From contig CAZGIW010000003.1 in the NCBI GenBank assembly GCA_964526285.1, positions 8,468 to 72,467 of the forward strand: a DNA stretch of 64,000 nucleotides. The letters are read 5' to 3'. Shown one piece after another: positions 28,744 to 38,644 of this stretch (its first letter is position 1; every line of letters begins with the position of its first letter). The position numbers and the translations under genes were made by a program. A model generated the notes under the pieces. That model worked only from the letters and a program-made list of their open reading frames with translations, ran no database searches and was not told the DNA's origin. This stretch comes from an uncultured Bacteroidales bacterium. GTDB lineage: Bacteria > Bacteroidota > Bacteroidia > Bacteroidales > DTU049.

Positions 28744-29079
28744 ATGAATACAGTTATTAATATTGGAATAATTGTTACCTACATTTTTGTAGCTCTGGCT
28801 ATTGCGTCCATATTATTTTTTGCCATCAAAGCACTGGTGTCAGATTTTAAAAGCGCAGGCATCTCTCTTGTAGGTATCGCAGCTTTGGCCGTTTTGTTTC
28901 TTGTTTCGTTTGCTGTTTCAAAATCCAATGATATTGACATTCAGTTTTTTGAAAAAAATGAAGCAAATTATTCAATGAGTAAACTTATCGGCACAGGACC
29001 TATTATGCTCTATTTTATGGTTGCAGTAGTTCTCATTGTGATCATTTACGTACAGGTATCAAAACTTTTTAAAAAATAA
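28744..29079 (+). CDS. Small polytopic membrane protein of unknown function, between exbB and exbD.
   Basis: The 111-aa product has 3-4 hydrophobic helices and is tightly packed in the operon, with a 2-nt gap upstream and a 6-nt gap downstream. Confidence 0.5.
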   Translation: MNTVINIGIIVTYIFVALAIASILFFAIKALVSDFKSAGISLVGIAALAVLFLVSFAVSKSNDIDIQFFEKNEANYSMSKLIGTGPIMLYFMVAVVLIVIIYVQVSKLFKK

Positions 29080-29085
29080 TCTATC

Positions 29086-29667
29086 ATGGCTAAGAAAACA
29101 CCCGAATTAAATACAGCATCAATGGCAGATATTTCATTTCTGTTGTTAACATTCTTTTTGTTAACATCATCCATTGATACTGATATGGGTATTAACCGTC
29201 TTTTGCCACCACCTCCGGAACCAGATATGCAGGTTGATGATATTAAGGTAAAGAAACGTAATATGTTTGTTGTTCTTATCAACACATATGATCAGCTTCT
29301 TGTTAGAGGAAAGCCCGGAGATATTCGCACATTGAGAAAAGAAGCCAAGGAGTTTATTTCAAACCCTTACAATGACCCTAATTTGCCAGAGAAAAAACCC
29401 ACTGACATTAATCACCTTGGGGTGTATGATGTGTCTTTGGGAATTATTTCTCTTCAGAATGACAGGGGGACATCCTACTCAATGTACATTAAGGTCCAGA
29501 ACGAACTTACTGCAGCCTTTAATGAGCTGCGCGACGAATTGTCTATGGATCGTTTTGGTGTCAAATATGACGACCTGAGAAATCCTGAATATAAGGAGGC
29601 AATCAGAAAGGCAATACCTATGAAATTATCCGAAGCAGAACCTAAAGATGTGGGAGGAAAGAAATAA
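29086..29667 (+). CDS. exbD: ExbD/TolR biopolymer transport protein.
   Basis: The N-terminus ELNTASMADISFLLLTFFLL is the typical ExbD TM segment. The product is 193 aa. Confidence 0.75.
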   Translation: MAKKTPELNTASMADISFLLLTFFLLTSSIDTDMGINRLLPPPPEPDMQVDDIKVKKRNMFVVLINTYDQLLVRGKPGDIRTLRKEAKEFISNPYNDPNLPEKKPTDINHLGVYDVSLGIISLQNDRGTSYSMYIKVQNELTAAFNELRDELSMDRFGVKYDDLRNPEYKEAIRKAIPMKLSEAEPKDVGGKK

Positions 29668-30140
29668 TGGCACGTTTCAGAAAAGGCGACAAACCAAAAG
29701 TTCCCGGAATTAATACCGGCTCCATGTCTGATATTATCTTCATGTTTCTGTTTTTCTTTATGGTTATTACCACCATTCGTGAGGCAACACTATTTGTTAG
29801 AGTGAAAGTCCCCATGGCATCTGAAGTGCAGAAACTTGAAAGAAAAGCGTTGGTGAGCTATATTTATATCGGACAACCAACCAAAACTGAACTATATGGT
29901 GTTGAACCACGTATTCAGTTAAATGATGTCTATGCTATGCCATCTGATATCGGAGAATTTGTTTTTGTTGAAAGATCACGAAGAAGTGAAGCAGACAAAC
30001 CATTTATCACTTTTTCCCTGAAAGTGGATGAAAACACCAAAATGGGAGTTGTAACAGATGTGAAACAGGAGCTCAGATATGCAATGGCATTGAAAATTAA
30101 CTATTCAACCCGTAGGGGTGATGCTGTTAGTTCCAAGTAG
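29667..30140 (+). CDS. exbD: ExbD/TolR biopolymer transport protein (second copy).
   Basis: It has INTGSMSDIIFMFLFFFMV. Its start overlaps the upstream stop (TAATG). Confidence 0.75.
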   Translation: MARFRKGDKPKVPGINTGSMSDIIFMFLFFFMVITTIREATLFVRVKVPMASEVQKLERKALVSYIYIGQPTKTELYGVEPRIQLNDVYAMPSDIGEFVFVERSRRSEADKPFITFSLKVDENTKMGVVTDVKQELRYAMALKINYSTRRGDAVSSK

Positions 30141-30160
30141 GTTTTGATGAATAAATAAAA

Positions 30161-30190
30161 AAAAGGTTGCCTTTTAGCAACCTTTTTTTA
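30161..30190 (+). terminator. Rho-independent terminator.
   Basis: The stem AAGGTTGC / GCAACCTT with a 6-nt loop is followed by a 7-T run. Confidence 0.75.
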
Positions 30191-30242
30191 TTCAGATAAA
30201 AAAAAACGTTGTAATTTAGAGCCGATTTAAAAACATACATTA

Positions 30243-31085
30243 ATGAAAGAAATAATTGTAGGAATTGATTTTTCCAAAGGAGCTATGAATGCTCTGAATT
30301 ATGCCACTCTTATGGCAAACTATCTTGAGGCAAACATTACGATGGTTTGGGTTGATAAGCCCGGATCTGCAGATTCAATTTTTGATAATAGTACTGGTTC
30401 TCACCGAAAGGAAGTCCACCGAAGATTTGAAGAGATTATTAAAAAGTATTCAAAAGACCTGAAAAAGGGAGAACTGAAATACAAAATCCGTAGTGGAAAA
30501 ATATATGAAGAAATTGGAAATCAGGCAAAGTATAATGATGCACAGTATATCATTTCAGGAACTCATGGTATATCAGGATTTGAAGAAATATGGATTGGAA
30601 GTAATGCCAATCGGATTGTTTCATCTTCACCATGTCCGGTTTTTACAGTACGACAAGGGTATGTTGTAAAAAAGAAAATTTCAAAAATAGTTATGCCCAT
30701 TGACAGTACTATGGAAACAAGACAAAAAGCACCCTATGTAGCCGAAATTGCAAAAGCTTTCAAAGCAGAAGTGCTTGTGCTTGGCCTTGCAATTACTTCT
30801 GTTTCAACCATTAAGAAAAGAATGGAAAGCTATGCAAAACAAATGACTGAATATTTCACAAAAGAAGGGATAAAAAACAATTATACCGAAGTAAAAGCAT
30901 CCAATGTAACTTCTGCAACACTAAAGTTTGCAGAAGAAAAGAATGCTGATTTAATATGCATCATGACAGAGCAGGAAACGGCAACTGCAAATATAATTTT
31001 AGGTCCATTTGCTCAGCAAATGGTTAATCACTCACCGATTCCAGTTTTAAGCGTTCATCCTAAAAATTTCTACATATTAAAATAA
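30243..31085 (+). CDS. Tandem-domain universal stress protein (UspA family).
   Basis: The 280-aa product has two Usp-like halves (IIVGIDFS... / GTHGISGFEE..GSNANRIV....PVFTV and ...GPFAQQMVNHSPIPVLSV). Confidence 0.7.
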   Translation: MKEIIVGIDFSKGAMNALNYATLMANYLEANITMVWVDKPGSADSIFDNSTGSHRKEVHRRFEEIIKKYSKDLKKGELKYKIRSGKIYEEIGNQAKYNDAQYIISGTHGISGFEEIWIGSNANRIVSSSPCPVFTVRQGYVVKKKISKIVMPIDSTMETRQKAPYVAEIAKAFKAEVLVLGLAITSVSTIKKRMESYAKQMTEYFTKEGIKNNYTEVKASNVTSATLKFAEEKNADLICIMTEQETATANIILGPFAQQMVNHSPIPVLSVHPKNFYILK

Positions 31086-31110
31086 TCTTCCACGGCTTGC
31101 AAAATCGTGG

Positions 31111-31144
31111 AGTTCCGCATCAATTTGGTGCGGAACTTTTTTTT
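31111..31144 (+). terminator. Rho-independent terminator.
   Basis: A 9-bp stem AGTTCCGCA / TGCGGAACT is followed by an 8-T run. Confidence 0.7.
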
Positions 31145-31194
31145 ATCCCAAATTTGTCATTAGGAGTTTCAAAAACGAATGACTTAGTTGGGGT

Positions 31195-32841
31195 TTATCC
31201 CTTATTGCAATAACCCTCTTTCATAAACGGATATTTGAAATCAGAAGGAGGTAACAAGGTTTCTTTTATGGTTCTTGGACTCACCCACCTGAGTAAATTC
31301 AGCAAACTCCCAGCCTTGTCGTTGGTCCCTGAAGCTCTTGAACCACCAAAAGGTTGTTGACCAACAACTGCTCCGGTTGGCTTATCATTATAATAAAAGT
31401 TTCCGGCTGCATATTTCAAGATTCTGCATGCCTTCTGAAGTTCATTTCTGTTGCGCGAAAAAACAGAACCTGTGAGTCCATATGGAGAGGTATTGTCCAC
31501 AAGCTCAAGTGTTTCATCAAATTTCTCATCTTCATAAACATAAATGGTCATCACTGGACCGAATATCTCTTCTTCCATTGTGATAAAATGAGGGTCAGTT
31601 GTGTGAATAATTGTTGGTTCAATAAAATATCCCTTTGAAGAATCTGTGTTTCCTCCAAAAATGACTTCTGCCTTTTCACTTTTTTGAGCCTTCTCAATGT
31701 AACCGAGAATAGACTGAAACGCTTTTTCATTGATGACTGCACCCATGAAATTTTCAAAATTGCACACATCACCAACTTTTATCTCTGTCCACATTTGTCC
31801 AATTATTTCTTTGAGTTTAGCCCACTTTGATACGGGAATATATGCCCTTGATGCAGCGGAACACTTTTGTCCCTGATATTCAAAAGCACCACGCACAATA
31901 GCCGTAGCAACCTCATATACATCAGCAGAGTTATGTGCAATAATGAAATCCTTACCTCCTGTTTCACCAACAATACGTGGATAGGATTTGTAATTATCAA
32001 TGTTCAGTGCCACGGTTTTGTATATACTGTTGAATGTATTTGTGGAACCTGTGAAGTGAATGCCTGCTAGCATTCTGTGAGATAGCACCAATGGAGCAAT
32101 AACAGAACTCTGCCCTGGAATAAAATTTATGACTCCGGGAGGAAGTCCTGCTTCTATAAAAACTTTCATTAGAAAATAGTTTGAAAGCACAGCATTGGCA
32201 GATGGCTTCCACACAACAGTATTTCCCATTAAAACAGGGGCCAGGGTTAAGTTAGATCCAATAGATGTGAAATTGAATGGAGTTACTGCAAAAACAAAAC
32301 CTTCCAGGGGTCTGTACTCTAAACGATTAATTATGCCAGGAGGAGAAACTGGCTGCTCATTGTAGATTTTTGAAGCAAATTCAGCATTGAACCGGATAAA
32401 ATCAACAGATTCATCCACTGCATCAATCTCCGCCTGATGAGCAGTTTTGCTTTGCCCCAACATTGTGGCTGCATTAATTACGTGCTTGTATTTTTGAGAG
32501 ATTAGTTCTGCGATTTTCAGTGTGAGAGAAACTCGTTCCACCCATGAGAATGATTCCCATGATTTGTGTGCCTCAAGCGCTGCATCAATGGCCATTTTAA
32601 CTTCATTTTCTCCAGCTCTGTGAAATCGGGCAATAACGTGGTTGTGATTGTGTGGTATTCTGATTTCTTCCACATCTCCTGTATAAATTTCTTTGCCTCC
32701 GATAATAAGAGGAATCTCTGTAATAGTATTTTTCAGTTTTTCTATTTCCCCCATGAGTGCTTTTCTTTGGGGAGTACCTGCTTTATATAATTCCACCGGT
32801 TCATTGCCCGGAGCTTTGTAATGAAATATTGCGTTATTCAT
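31195..32841 (-). CDS. pruA: L-glutamate gamma-semialdehyde (1-pyrroline-5-carboxylate) dehydrogenase.
   Basis: It belongs to the aldehyde dehydrogenase family at 548 aa. It has ETGGKDF, the catalytic region FEYQGQKCSAASRAY, and a C-terminal tail typical of P5CDH. Confidence 0.8.
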   Translation of the reverse strand: MNNAIFHYKAPGNEPVELYKAGTPQRKALMGEIEKLKNTITEIPLIIGGKEIYTGDVEEIRIPHNHNHVIARFHRAGENEVKMAIDAALEAHKSWESFSWVERVSLTLKIAELISQKYKHVINAATMLGQSKTAHQAEIDAVDESVDFIRFNAEFASKIYNEQPVSPPGIINRLEYRPLEGFVFAVTPFNFTSIGSNLTLAPVLMGNTVVWKPSANAVLSNYFLMKVFIEAGLPPGVINFIPGQSSVIAPLVLSHRMLAGIHFTGSTNTFNSIYKTVALNIDNYKSYPRIVGETGGKDFIIAHNSADVYEVATAIVRGAFEYQGQKCSAASRAYIPVSKWAKLKEIIGQMWTEIKVGDVCNFENFMGAVINEKAFQSILGYIEKAQKSEKAEVIFGGNTDSSKGYFIEPTIIHTTDPHFITMEEEIFGPVMTIYVYEDEKFDETLELVDNTSPYGLTGSVFSRNRNELQKACRILKYAAGNFYYNDKPTGAVVGQQPFGGSRASGTNDKAGSLLNLLRWVSPRTIKETLLPPSDFKYPFMKEGYCNKG

Positions 32842-32869
32842 GGCTTGTGTTTCTGGTTATTAATTTAGA

Positions 32870-32877
32870 CAAAATTA
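32870..32877 (-). promoter_or_regulatory. -7 promoter box (TAnnTTTG on the minus strand).
   Basis: The plus strand reads CAAAATTA, which is TAATTTTG on the minus strand, 28 nt upstream of the pruA ATG. A second copy is at 32897-32904. Confidence 0.4.
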
Positions 32878-32944
32878 ATATAAAATTTTCATATGACAAA
32901 ATTATTTTTTAATTTATCTTTTAAAAAGAGAGAACTAAAAAAGA

Positions 32945-33631
32945 TTAAACTGGTTGTTGTAGAGAGAGATTGAAAACTATTTCTGATTCATTTTTATTGA
33001 CAGAATGCTTCACATTATTTTTTTCCAGTCGTGTCTTTAGAACATCAAAAAAACCAATTTCAACATCATCTTTAACCATGGTCAATTTCCACTCATTATT
33101 AAAGTTAAATAATGCTCTTGCAGCCAGAATAATTTTTTCAGATTTTTTGTTTAAGTCTTCTTTTGAAATTTGCCACCATTGAACATCATTTTTGCTTGAT
33201 ACCAGGGAGTAGCCTATTTCCTGACTATATGCTTTTGCTTTTATGTTGTTTTTTAAAGTTTGAGCTTTAATAGCCCTTAATCCAAGAGCATGAAATGAAA
33301 AGTATAACAAATAAAAAGCTGCAATTAGTGTAATCTCTGAATATAAAAACTCTTCATTTCCAACAAATACGCCTGCTTCTGCAATTTCTTTGTCATAATC
33401 AATATTTTTAAGGTTGTTTACGCCAAAGGGGGTATTTTTATAATTGGATATGAAATATATGTTGTGGATGTTTCTAACAGAACAGAACCATTTATGTTGT
33501 TGTTGAGGGCGAATTACATTTCTGTTAATCATATTGTTTCTTACAATGTCTTTGTTTCTCCATTGTCTGACCATTTCAAGGGTTTCCAGATTAATACTGT
33601 GAAAACTAAACTGTCCTGTTTGTAGAATCAT
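32945..33631 (-). CDS. GNAT-fold acyltransferase-like protein (PseH-like N-terminal region) with an extra C-terminal domain.
   Basis: LETLEMVRQWRNKDIVRNNMINRNVIRPQQQHKWF resembles the N-terminal signature of PseH-type GNAT N-acyltransferases. I do not recognise the C-terminal ~70 aa. Confidence 0.45.
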   Translation of the reverse strand: MILQTGQFSFHSINLETLEMVRQWRNKDIVRNNMINRNVIRPQQQHKWFCSVRNIHNIYFISNYKNTPFGVNNLKNIDYDKEIAEAGVFVGNEEFLYSEITLIAAFYLLYFSFHALGLRAIKAQTLKNNIKAKAYSQEIGYSLVSSKNDVQWWQISKEDLNKKSEKIILAARALFNFNNEWKLTMVKDDVEIGFFDVLKTRLEKNNVKHSVNKNESEIVFNLSLQQPV

Positions 33632-33652
33632 GTTTTTTATTGGTTTATGAAA

Positions 33653-34501
33653 TTAATGAAATTTAACTGGCATTCTCAATTTGTTTTTTAGAAAAACCAA
33701 CAAAATGAAAAGGAAAATAAAGACAATTGAAAGAAAAACAAAAACGGAAGGTTTAAATGCAATAAAACTGAACAATAGTATTACGAAAGCAGAAAGGAGA
33801 AAAACAGTTTCAAAATACCAGGTGTAAGTGAGAATTGATAAAAAAACGAAAGAAATGAGTTTTCTCATATTGTATCTGCTTTTTTTATTCAATCCGGGAG
33901 AATGTGTAACCTGAATACTATGAGTTTGAATATTGATTTTTCTGATGATTTGTTCAATATTCACATAATTAAATGAAGAATTTAGAATTTTTCTGCCAAT
34001 ATAGCGAGGAATACATCTAAAGGAAGAATATCTGTTTTTCCTTTGAGTAATGAGAACCATGAAATAGTAAGCCATATTTGAAAAAAACTTTCTGGTTTTT
34101 GAAACGCCTGTTTTTTTAATGGGAATACCAAAAATGACAGATTGAGGCAGACTTTCAGTTGCTTTTAAAAGATTGTCAATGTATGATGGTTGGTATTGAC
34201 CGTCATCATCAATAGTAATTATAAAATCGCCAGCAGCGGCATTAATTCCTGCCAATGTTGCATAATGTTGTCCTTTATGCCTGGCAAGAAATACTCTTTT
34301 AATTATGTTTTTATGTTCAGTTATTAATTCATAAATCGTTTCTGTGCTGTTATCTTCACTTTTATCATCCACCAAAACAACTTCAAAAGAAAAATTCTTT
34401 TCAGAAAGTTCTTTAATTAACAAATTTACAAACGCTTTTAAATTAGGAGCACTATTATACACAGGAACGACACATGAAAGATGGAGGTCAGATGTGTTCA
34501 T
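33653..34501 (-). CDS. GT2 glycosyltransferase of the GtrB/ArnC (polyprenyl-phosphate glycosyltransferase) type.
   Basis: It has SCVVPVYNSAPNL..., VDDKSEDNS, a DDDGQY (DxD) motif and C-terminal TM helices. I chose the start at the ATG at 34501, 5 nt after the SDR stop. The alternative ATG at 34546 would overlap the SDR gene by 40 nt. Confidence 0.75.
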   Translation of the reverse strand: MNTSDLHLSCVVPVYNSAPNLKAFVNLLIKELSEKNFSFEVVLVDDKSEDNSTETIYELITEHKNIIKRVFLARHKGQHYATLAGINAAAGDFIITIDDDGQYQPSYIDNLLKATESLPQSVIFGIPIKKTGVSKTRKFFSNMAYYFMVLITQRKNRYSSFRCIPRYIGRKILNSSFNYVNIEQIIRKINIQTHSIQVTHSPGLNKKSRYNMRKLISFVFLSILTYTWYFETVFLLSAFVILLFSFIAFKPSVFVFLSIVFIFLFILLVFLKNKLRMPVKFH

Positions 34502-34506
34502 GAGGA

Positions 34507-35235
34507 TTAAATAACTCCCATTTTTAAGGTTGACCCTGTAATCCATTTTGATTCATCAGAAATGAGAAAGGCGATGCTTTTGGCAACATCAGAAGGATAT
34601 CCAAATCCAAGAGGATGGAGATTTTCAATTGTTTTCATTGTTTCTTTCCCTGCCAGTTCAGTGCTTTTGTCAAGCATTTCGCTTCTGACAAAGCCCGGAG
34701 CTACTGTGTTAACTCTGATTTTTTTTGGTGCCAGTTCAATGGCTATGGTTTTGGCATAAGCCTCAAGAGCTGCTTTAGTTGCGGAATACATTGAACATCC
34801 TGCTCGCGCATATTGAGCCAAAACAGACGACACAAATACCATTGAAGCACCTTCAGAAGAAAACTTTTTCTGCTTAATCATCTTTGCAACCAACAGGACC
34901 AATGACTCAAAACCAGGGAGCATGTTGTTTGAAATTTCTTTGGCATCAATAAACTGTGCAGGAACAAGAGAATGAACTCCAACGCTAAAAACAAATCCAT
35001 CAAGTTGAGGGATGCCTTCAACAATCATTTGGCGATGATCTTCATTTGTAATATCTGCAGAAATAATTTTGTGTTCTCCTTTAGGAAGAATATTTTTTAC
35101 ATCCCTCAGGGTTTGTTCATTTCGTGCAAGCAGAATTATATTTGCTTCAAGATTAGAAAGTACAATTGCTGTGGCCTTACCAATGCCAGATGTTGCTCCG
35201 GCTACTAAAACTGTTTTATCTTTAAGTGAAATCAT
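34507..35235 (-). CDS. Short-chain dehydrogenase/reductase, FabG-like 3-oxoacyl-ACP reductase.
   Basis: It has GATSGIGKA (TGxxxGxG), catalytic Ser and YSATKAA (YxxxK), and NTVAPG. Confidence 0.8.
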   Translation of the reverse strand: MISLKDKTVLVAGATSGIGKATAIVLSNLEANIILLARNEQTLRDVKNILPKGEHKIISADITNEDHRQMIVEGIPQLDGFVFSVGVHSLVPAQFIDAKEISNNMLPGFESLVLLVAKMIKQKKFSSEGASMVFVSSVLAQYARAGCSMYSATKAALEAYAKTIAIELAPKKIRVNTVAPGFVRSEMLDKSTELAGKETMKTIENLHPLGFGYPSDVAKSIAFLISDESKWITGSTLKMGVI

Positions 35236-35238
35236 ACC

Positions 35239-36294
35239 TTATATGTATTGTAATTCAGAAACATGGATATTATCGGTTTCAATAACAGCACTGCCCCATG
35301 ACAGGCCCACCCCAAATCCGGACAACAATAATTTGAGTTTTTTGGTTTGAAGTTGTTCTCTCAGCTCTGTCACCATGCACAGAGGAATACTTCCCACACT
35401 GGTATTTCCATATCTGTCTAAATTTATTGGGATTTTCTCAGGTGGAATCTTCAGTATTTTTCCAATGGTTTGAATAATAATTTTATTTGCCTGATGCAAT
35501 ACGAAATAATCAATGTTTTCTGTTGTTATTTCAGCTGTTTTAAAAATCTTTCTAATACTTACTGGTACTTCAGTTATAGAAAATCTAAAAACCTCAATAC
35601 CATTTAGTTCCAAATCAATTTTTTTTCTGTGAATCCCTTTGCTTACTTTTTTCTTTTTCAATGACTTTTCAGATATTCCGTTTCTAAAATAACCATCTCT
35701 GATTATTATCGCTTCGTGTCGACTTCCATCATTTCCAAAATTAAAAAAAGAAGATGATGAAGGGTTTGATTTTTCAACAATTGTGGCAGTGCCAGCATCT
35801 CCAAACAAAGGGAAGGTGCTTTTGTCTGTATAGGGTGTTGTGCGTGTTGATATATCTCCGGCTAATAGTAAGCCATATTTGCTGTCTGATGTTTCAAGTA
35901 AACCACAAAGTATGGATAAGCCGTTGATATACCCCGAACAACCAAGAGAAATATCTACAGCCATGCATGACTGTGAAATTCCAAGTTTATGCTGTAAAAT
36001 TGCAGATGTCTGAGGGAGATAATAGTCTCGGGACTGTGATACAAAAATTAATATTCCAATTTCTGATGCAGGTATATTTAAATCCCGTAACAAAACTTCA
36101 GCAGCCTTTTGGCACATATCTGAAGCTATTATGTTTTTATCAGCGATATGCCTTTTTTCAATTCCTGTTACATCAATAAATTGTTGTCTTTCTTTCTTGC
36201 TTAACCAGAAATAATCAGAATTATTAAATATCTTTTCCGGAACACATGCTGAAAGTCCAATTATTCGACTTCCTGAAAACTTAATGTCAGGCAT
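35239..36294 (-). CDS. 3-oxoacyl-ACP synthase III (FabH-like KASIII).
   Basis: The Cys-His-Asn triad contexts are present: DISLGCSGYINGL, VLHQANKII and YGNTSVGSIP. Confidence 0.8.
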   Translation of the reverse strand: MPDIKFSGSRIIGLSACVPEKIFNNSDYFWLSKKERQQFIDVTGIEKRHIADKNIIASDMCQKAAEVLLRDLNIPASEIGILIFVSQSRDYYLPQTSAILQHKLGISQSCMAVDISLGCSGYINGLSILCGLLETSDSKYGLLLAGDISTRTTPYTDKSTFPLFGDAGTATIVEKSNPSSSSFFNFGNDGSRHEAIIIRDGYFRNGISEKSLKKKKVSKGIHRKKIDLELNGIEVFRFSITEVPVSIRKIFKTAEITTENIDYFVLHQANKIIIQTIGKILKIPPEKIPINLDRYGNTSVGSIPLCMVTELREQLQTKKLKLLLSGFGVGLSWGSAVIETDNIHVSELQYI

Positions 36295-36296
36295 GA

Positions 36297-36536
36297 TTAT
36301 TCTGATTTTGAAATAATTACATTGTATAAATCGCTAATAGTGTTTGAGTTTATCAAGTCTGCGGCTGTTAGAACAATATTAAATTCTGTTTTAATTACTG
36401 ATAGAAAAATTAGTGCATTGATAGAACTCATTTCAATAACTGAAGCAATAACAGTTTCTTCTTTCAATGTGCCTTTGGGATCAATATCAAATTCCGTTTC
36501 TAATATTGAGATGAAGAGGTTTATGTTAATTTTCAT
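36297..36536 (-). CDS. Acyl carrier protein (atypical).
   Basis: The product is 79 aa and helical. The probable phosphopantetheine site is in IEMSSINALIFL, replacing the canonical DSL. It lies 2 nt upstream of the KASIII gene. Confidence 0.6.
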   Translation of the reverse strand: MKININLFISILETEFDIDPKGTLKEETVIASVIEMSSINALIFLSVIKTEFNIVLTAADLINSNTISDLYNVIISKSE

Positions 36537-36575
36537 ACTATATATAAACTCGTTTTTTAATTACTTCAGCTTTTG

Positions 36576-36583
36576 CAAATATA
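36576..36583 (-). promoter_or_regulatory. -7 promoter box (TAnnTTTG on the minus strand).
   Basis: The plus strand reads CAAATATA, which is TATATTTG on the minus strand, 39 nt upstream of the ACP ATG. Confidence 0.45.
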
Positions 36584-36605
36584 CTAAATTGATTTGTCTC
36601 CATTT

Positions 36606-38579
36606 TTACAAAAACACAGGTGCCTGAAATTGTTTCTTCCTTTTTCTCATATTTTCCCTTTGCATGTTAATGTATTTGTTCGCTTTTGCAGTGTTCCCAA
36701 CCATCTGATTGTACTGAATCAGTGCATCCAAAAGGCCTGGATTATCAGGTACTTTTTCAATGGCAATTTCCCATTGTTCAAAAGCTGCCCCAGTGTCTCC
36801 CGTCATCAAATAATAATTGCCAAGATTGATAAATGGGGCATCGCTTTCAGGAAATTGCTTCATAATCTGTTGGTTAAACTCAAGTCCTTCATCAATCTGA
36901 TTCCTCGCAAAAAGAATATTGAGCTTTCTGTTATATGGATTGGCATAGTTTGAATCTACTGAAATGCACAAATCATAGTAATAAAGTGCACTATCCGGCA
37001 TGTTTAGATTTTCATAGGAAAAACCGATATTATAGATTGCCTCTGTATATTTTGAGTTCAAATTATACGCTTTGAAAAAATAGTCTTTTGCCTTTTCGTT
37101 ATCTTTAAGAATCATTAAGTGGAATGCTCCAAGTGTATTCCATGCATTGGGATAAGCATCATAAATATTTACAGCATTTTTCAGCAACGAAATTGATTCT
37201 TTTGTCCACTCCATGTTTCGTCTTGCAAATTTTGCATCATTGCTGGTTTTTACAATTTCTTTAAACATTGCGTTGGAATAAAGCATGTGAGCCTTGAATG
37301 ATTGTTCAAGATAGGGCATGTCTGCCTGATATAAGGTGAGTGCATCTTTCCAGTCTGCGTTTCGGGAAATTGTGCGATATGTATAAAATAACATCAGAGG
37401 AATAAGCAAATAACTGAACGCTGACAAATACTGATTTCCTGTTTTCTTTGATTTTCTTTCCTGAGCTCCTCTAAAAAAAAGATATCCAAGAATGATACAA
37501 AAACCCAGACTGGCATTAAAAATAAATCTGTCGGCAACAATACCAACAGCAGGTTTGAGTATATTTGTAAACATGGAAACAGCAATGAGATAATACATAA
37601 TTCCCAGTCCTGCAATGTGTTTCTTTTTTAGCAGCAGGAATGCCCAGATTAGTAAACCCAGATGTAATAGCAAACTGAAAACAGCAAGAGGGTTGGATAC
37701 AGATACAATGGGTATCATATCATAACCATAGTAGTATAACAAACGCAACGGAAACACAACAAGTTTCAGATAATGAAACAAGGAGAGACCTCCAACACCA
37801 AGGCGAATATCAATTGCTTTTTCAAAAAAAAGTGGATTTTCAAAGTATTCGGGAAGTCTCTCTCCTCCACCAAGCAAAAAAACAGGAATGACGAAATAGG
37901 CAACACCCAACAAAAAAGTAGCTCCGGCTATCATCAACCCTTTCTTTAAAGACAGTTTCTCTGCAAAAAAGATCAGCAAAGGGATCAGTGCCACAAACAC
38001 AAGTGCACTGCTTTTTGACATCATGGCAATAAAAAACAATAAACATCCAAAGAGAAAATGTTTAAGCTTTGAATTATCTGTCCACTTGAAGAATTGTATT
38101 GCAGAAAGGATAGAAAACAGAAAACTCAACAATTCGTCTCTGTTCTTGATGCTGGCAACAACTTCAGTATGAATTGGATGTGCTGCAAAAAGCAGAACAA
38201 TCAGGAGAATTATTTTTTGATCATAGGTGCTCAGTATCAACTTAAGCAACCGGAATAACACAATGAGACATAGCGCATAAAGCAACAGATTAACCAGGTG
38301 GCTCATGCCCGGATTGTATTTCCACAGCAAAAAATCAATCCCAACGGATAGCTTAACAATGGGGCGATAATCAAAAGCCTTGTCATCGCGAACAACATAT
38401 TTTGTGGTGAAAACTTCAGGAATTCCCTTAAGCCCTTTTTCAACAATACTGTTTCCCTGTAAAACAAGATTGTCGTCAAGGGAGTATTTGTTGGTTAATG
38501 TGTTCCCGTATAGGATGAACGAAACAGCAACCAGTAAGGCATAAATATAGCGGGGTTGATCAAGCAGTTTTTTCTTCAT
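36606..38579 (-). CDS. GT-C-fold membrane glycosyltransferase-like protein (PMT/TMTC/ArnT-like) with C-terminal TPR repeats.
   Basis: It has about 10 TM helices. The first loop carries YGNTLTNKYSLDDNLVLQGN, a DD motif as in PMT/TMTC-type GT-C enzymes. The C-terminal ~230 aa are TPR-like (AWNTLGAFHL..., YNIGFSYENL..., FINLGNYYLMTGD...). Confidence 0.6.
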   Translation of the reverse strand: MKKKLLDQPRYIYALLVAVSFILYGNTLTNKYSLDDNLVLQGNSIVEKGLKGIPEVFTTKYVVRDDKAFDYRPIVKLSVGIDFLLWKYNPGMSHLVNLLLYALCLIVLFRLLKLILSTYDQKIILLIVLLFAAHPIHTEVVASIKNRDELLSFLFSILSAIQFFKWTDNSKLKHFLFGCLLFFIAMMSKSSALVFVALIPLLIFFAEKLSLKKGLMIAGATFLLGVAYFVIPVFLLGGGERLPEYFENPLFFEKAIDIRLGVGGLSLFHYLKLVVFPLRLLYYYGYDMIPIVSVSNPLAVFSLLLHLGLLIWAFLLLKKKHIAGLGIMYYLIAVSMFTNILKPAVGIVADRFIFNASLGFCIILGYLFFRGAQERKSKKTGNQYLSAFSYLLIPLMLFYTYRTISRNADWKDALTLYQADMPYLEQSFKAHMLYSNAMFKEIVKTSNDAKFARRNMEWTKESISLLKNAVNIYDAYPNAWNTLGAFHLMILKDNEKAKDYFFKAYNLNSKYTEAIYNIGFSYENLNMPDSALYYYDLCISVDSNYANPYNRKLNILFARNQIDEGLEFNQQIMKQFPESDAPFINLGNYYLMTGDTGAAFEQWEIAIEKVPDNPGLLDALIQYNQMVGNTAKANKYINMQRENMRKRKKQFQAPVFL

Positions 38580-38595
38580 GACAGAATAGAATATC

Positions 38596-38603
38596 CAAAA
38601 GTA
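38596..38603 (-). promoter_or_regulatory. -7 promoter box (TAnnTTTG on the minus strand).
   Basis: The plus strand reads CAAAAGTA, which is TACTTTTG on the minus strand, 16 nt upstream of the ATG at 38579. Confidence 0.45.
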
Positions 38604-38644
38604 TAAAAAAATGCGAAGTTAGAATATCAAAACAATGAAAATGG

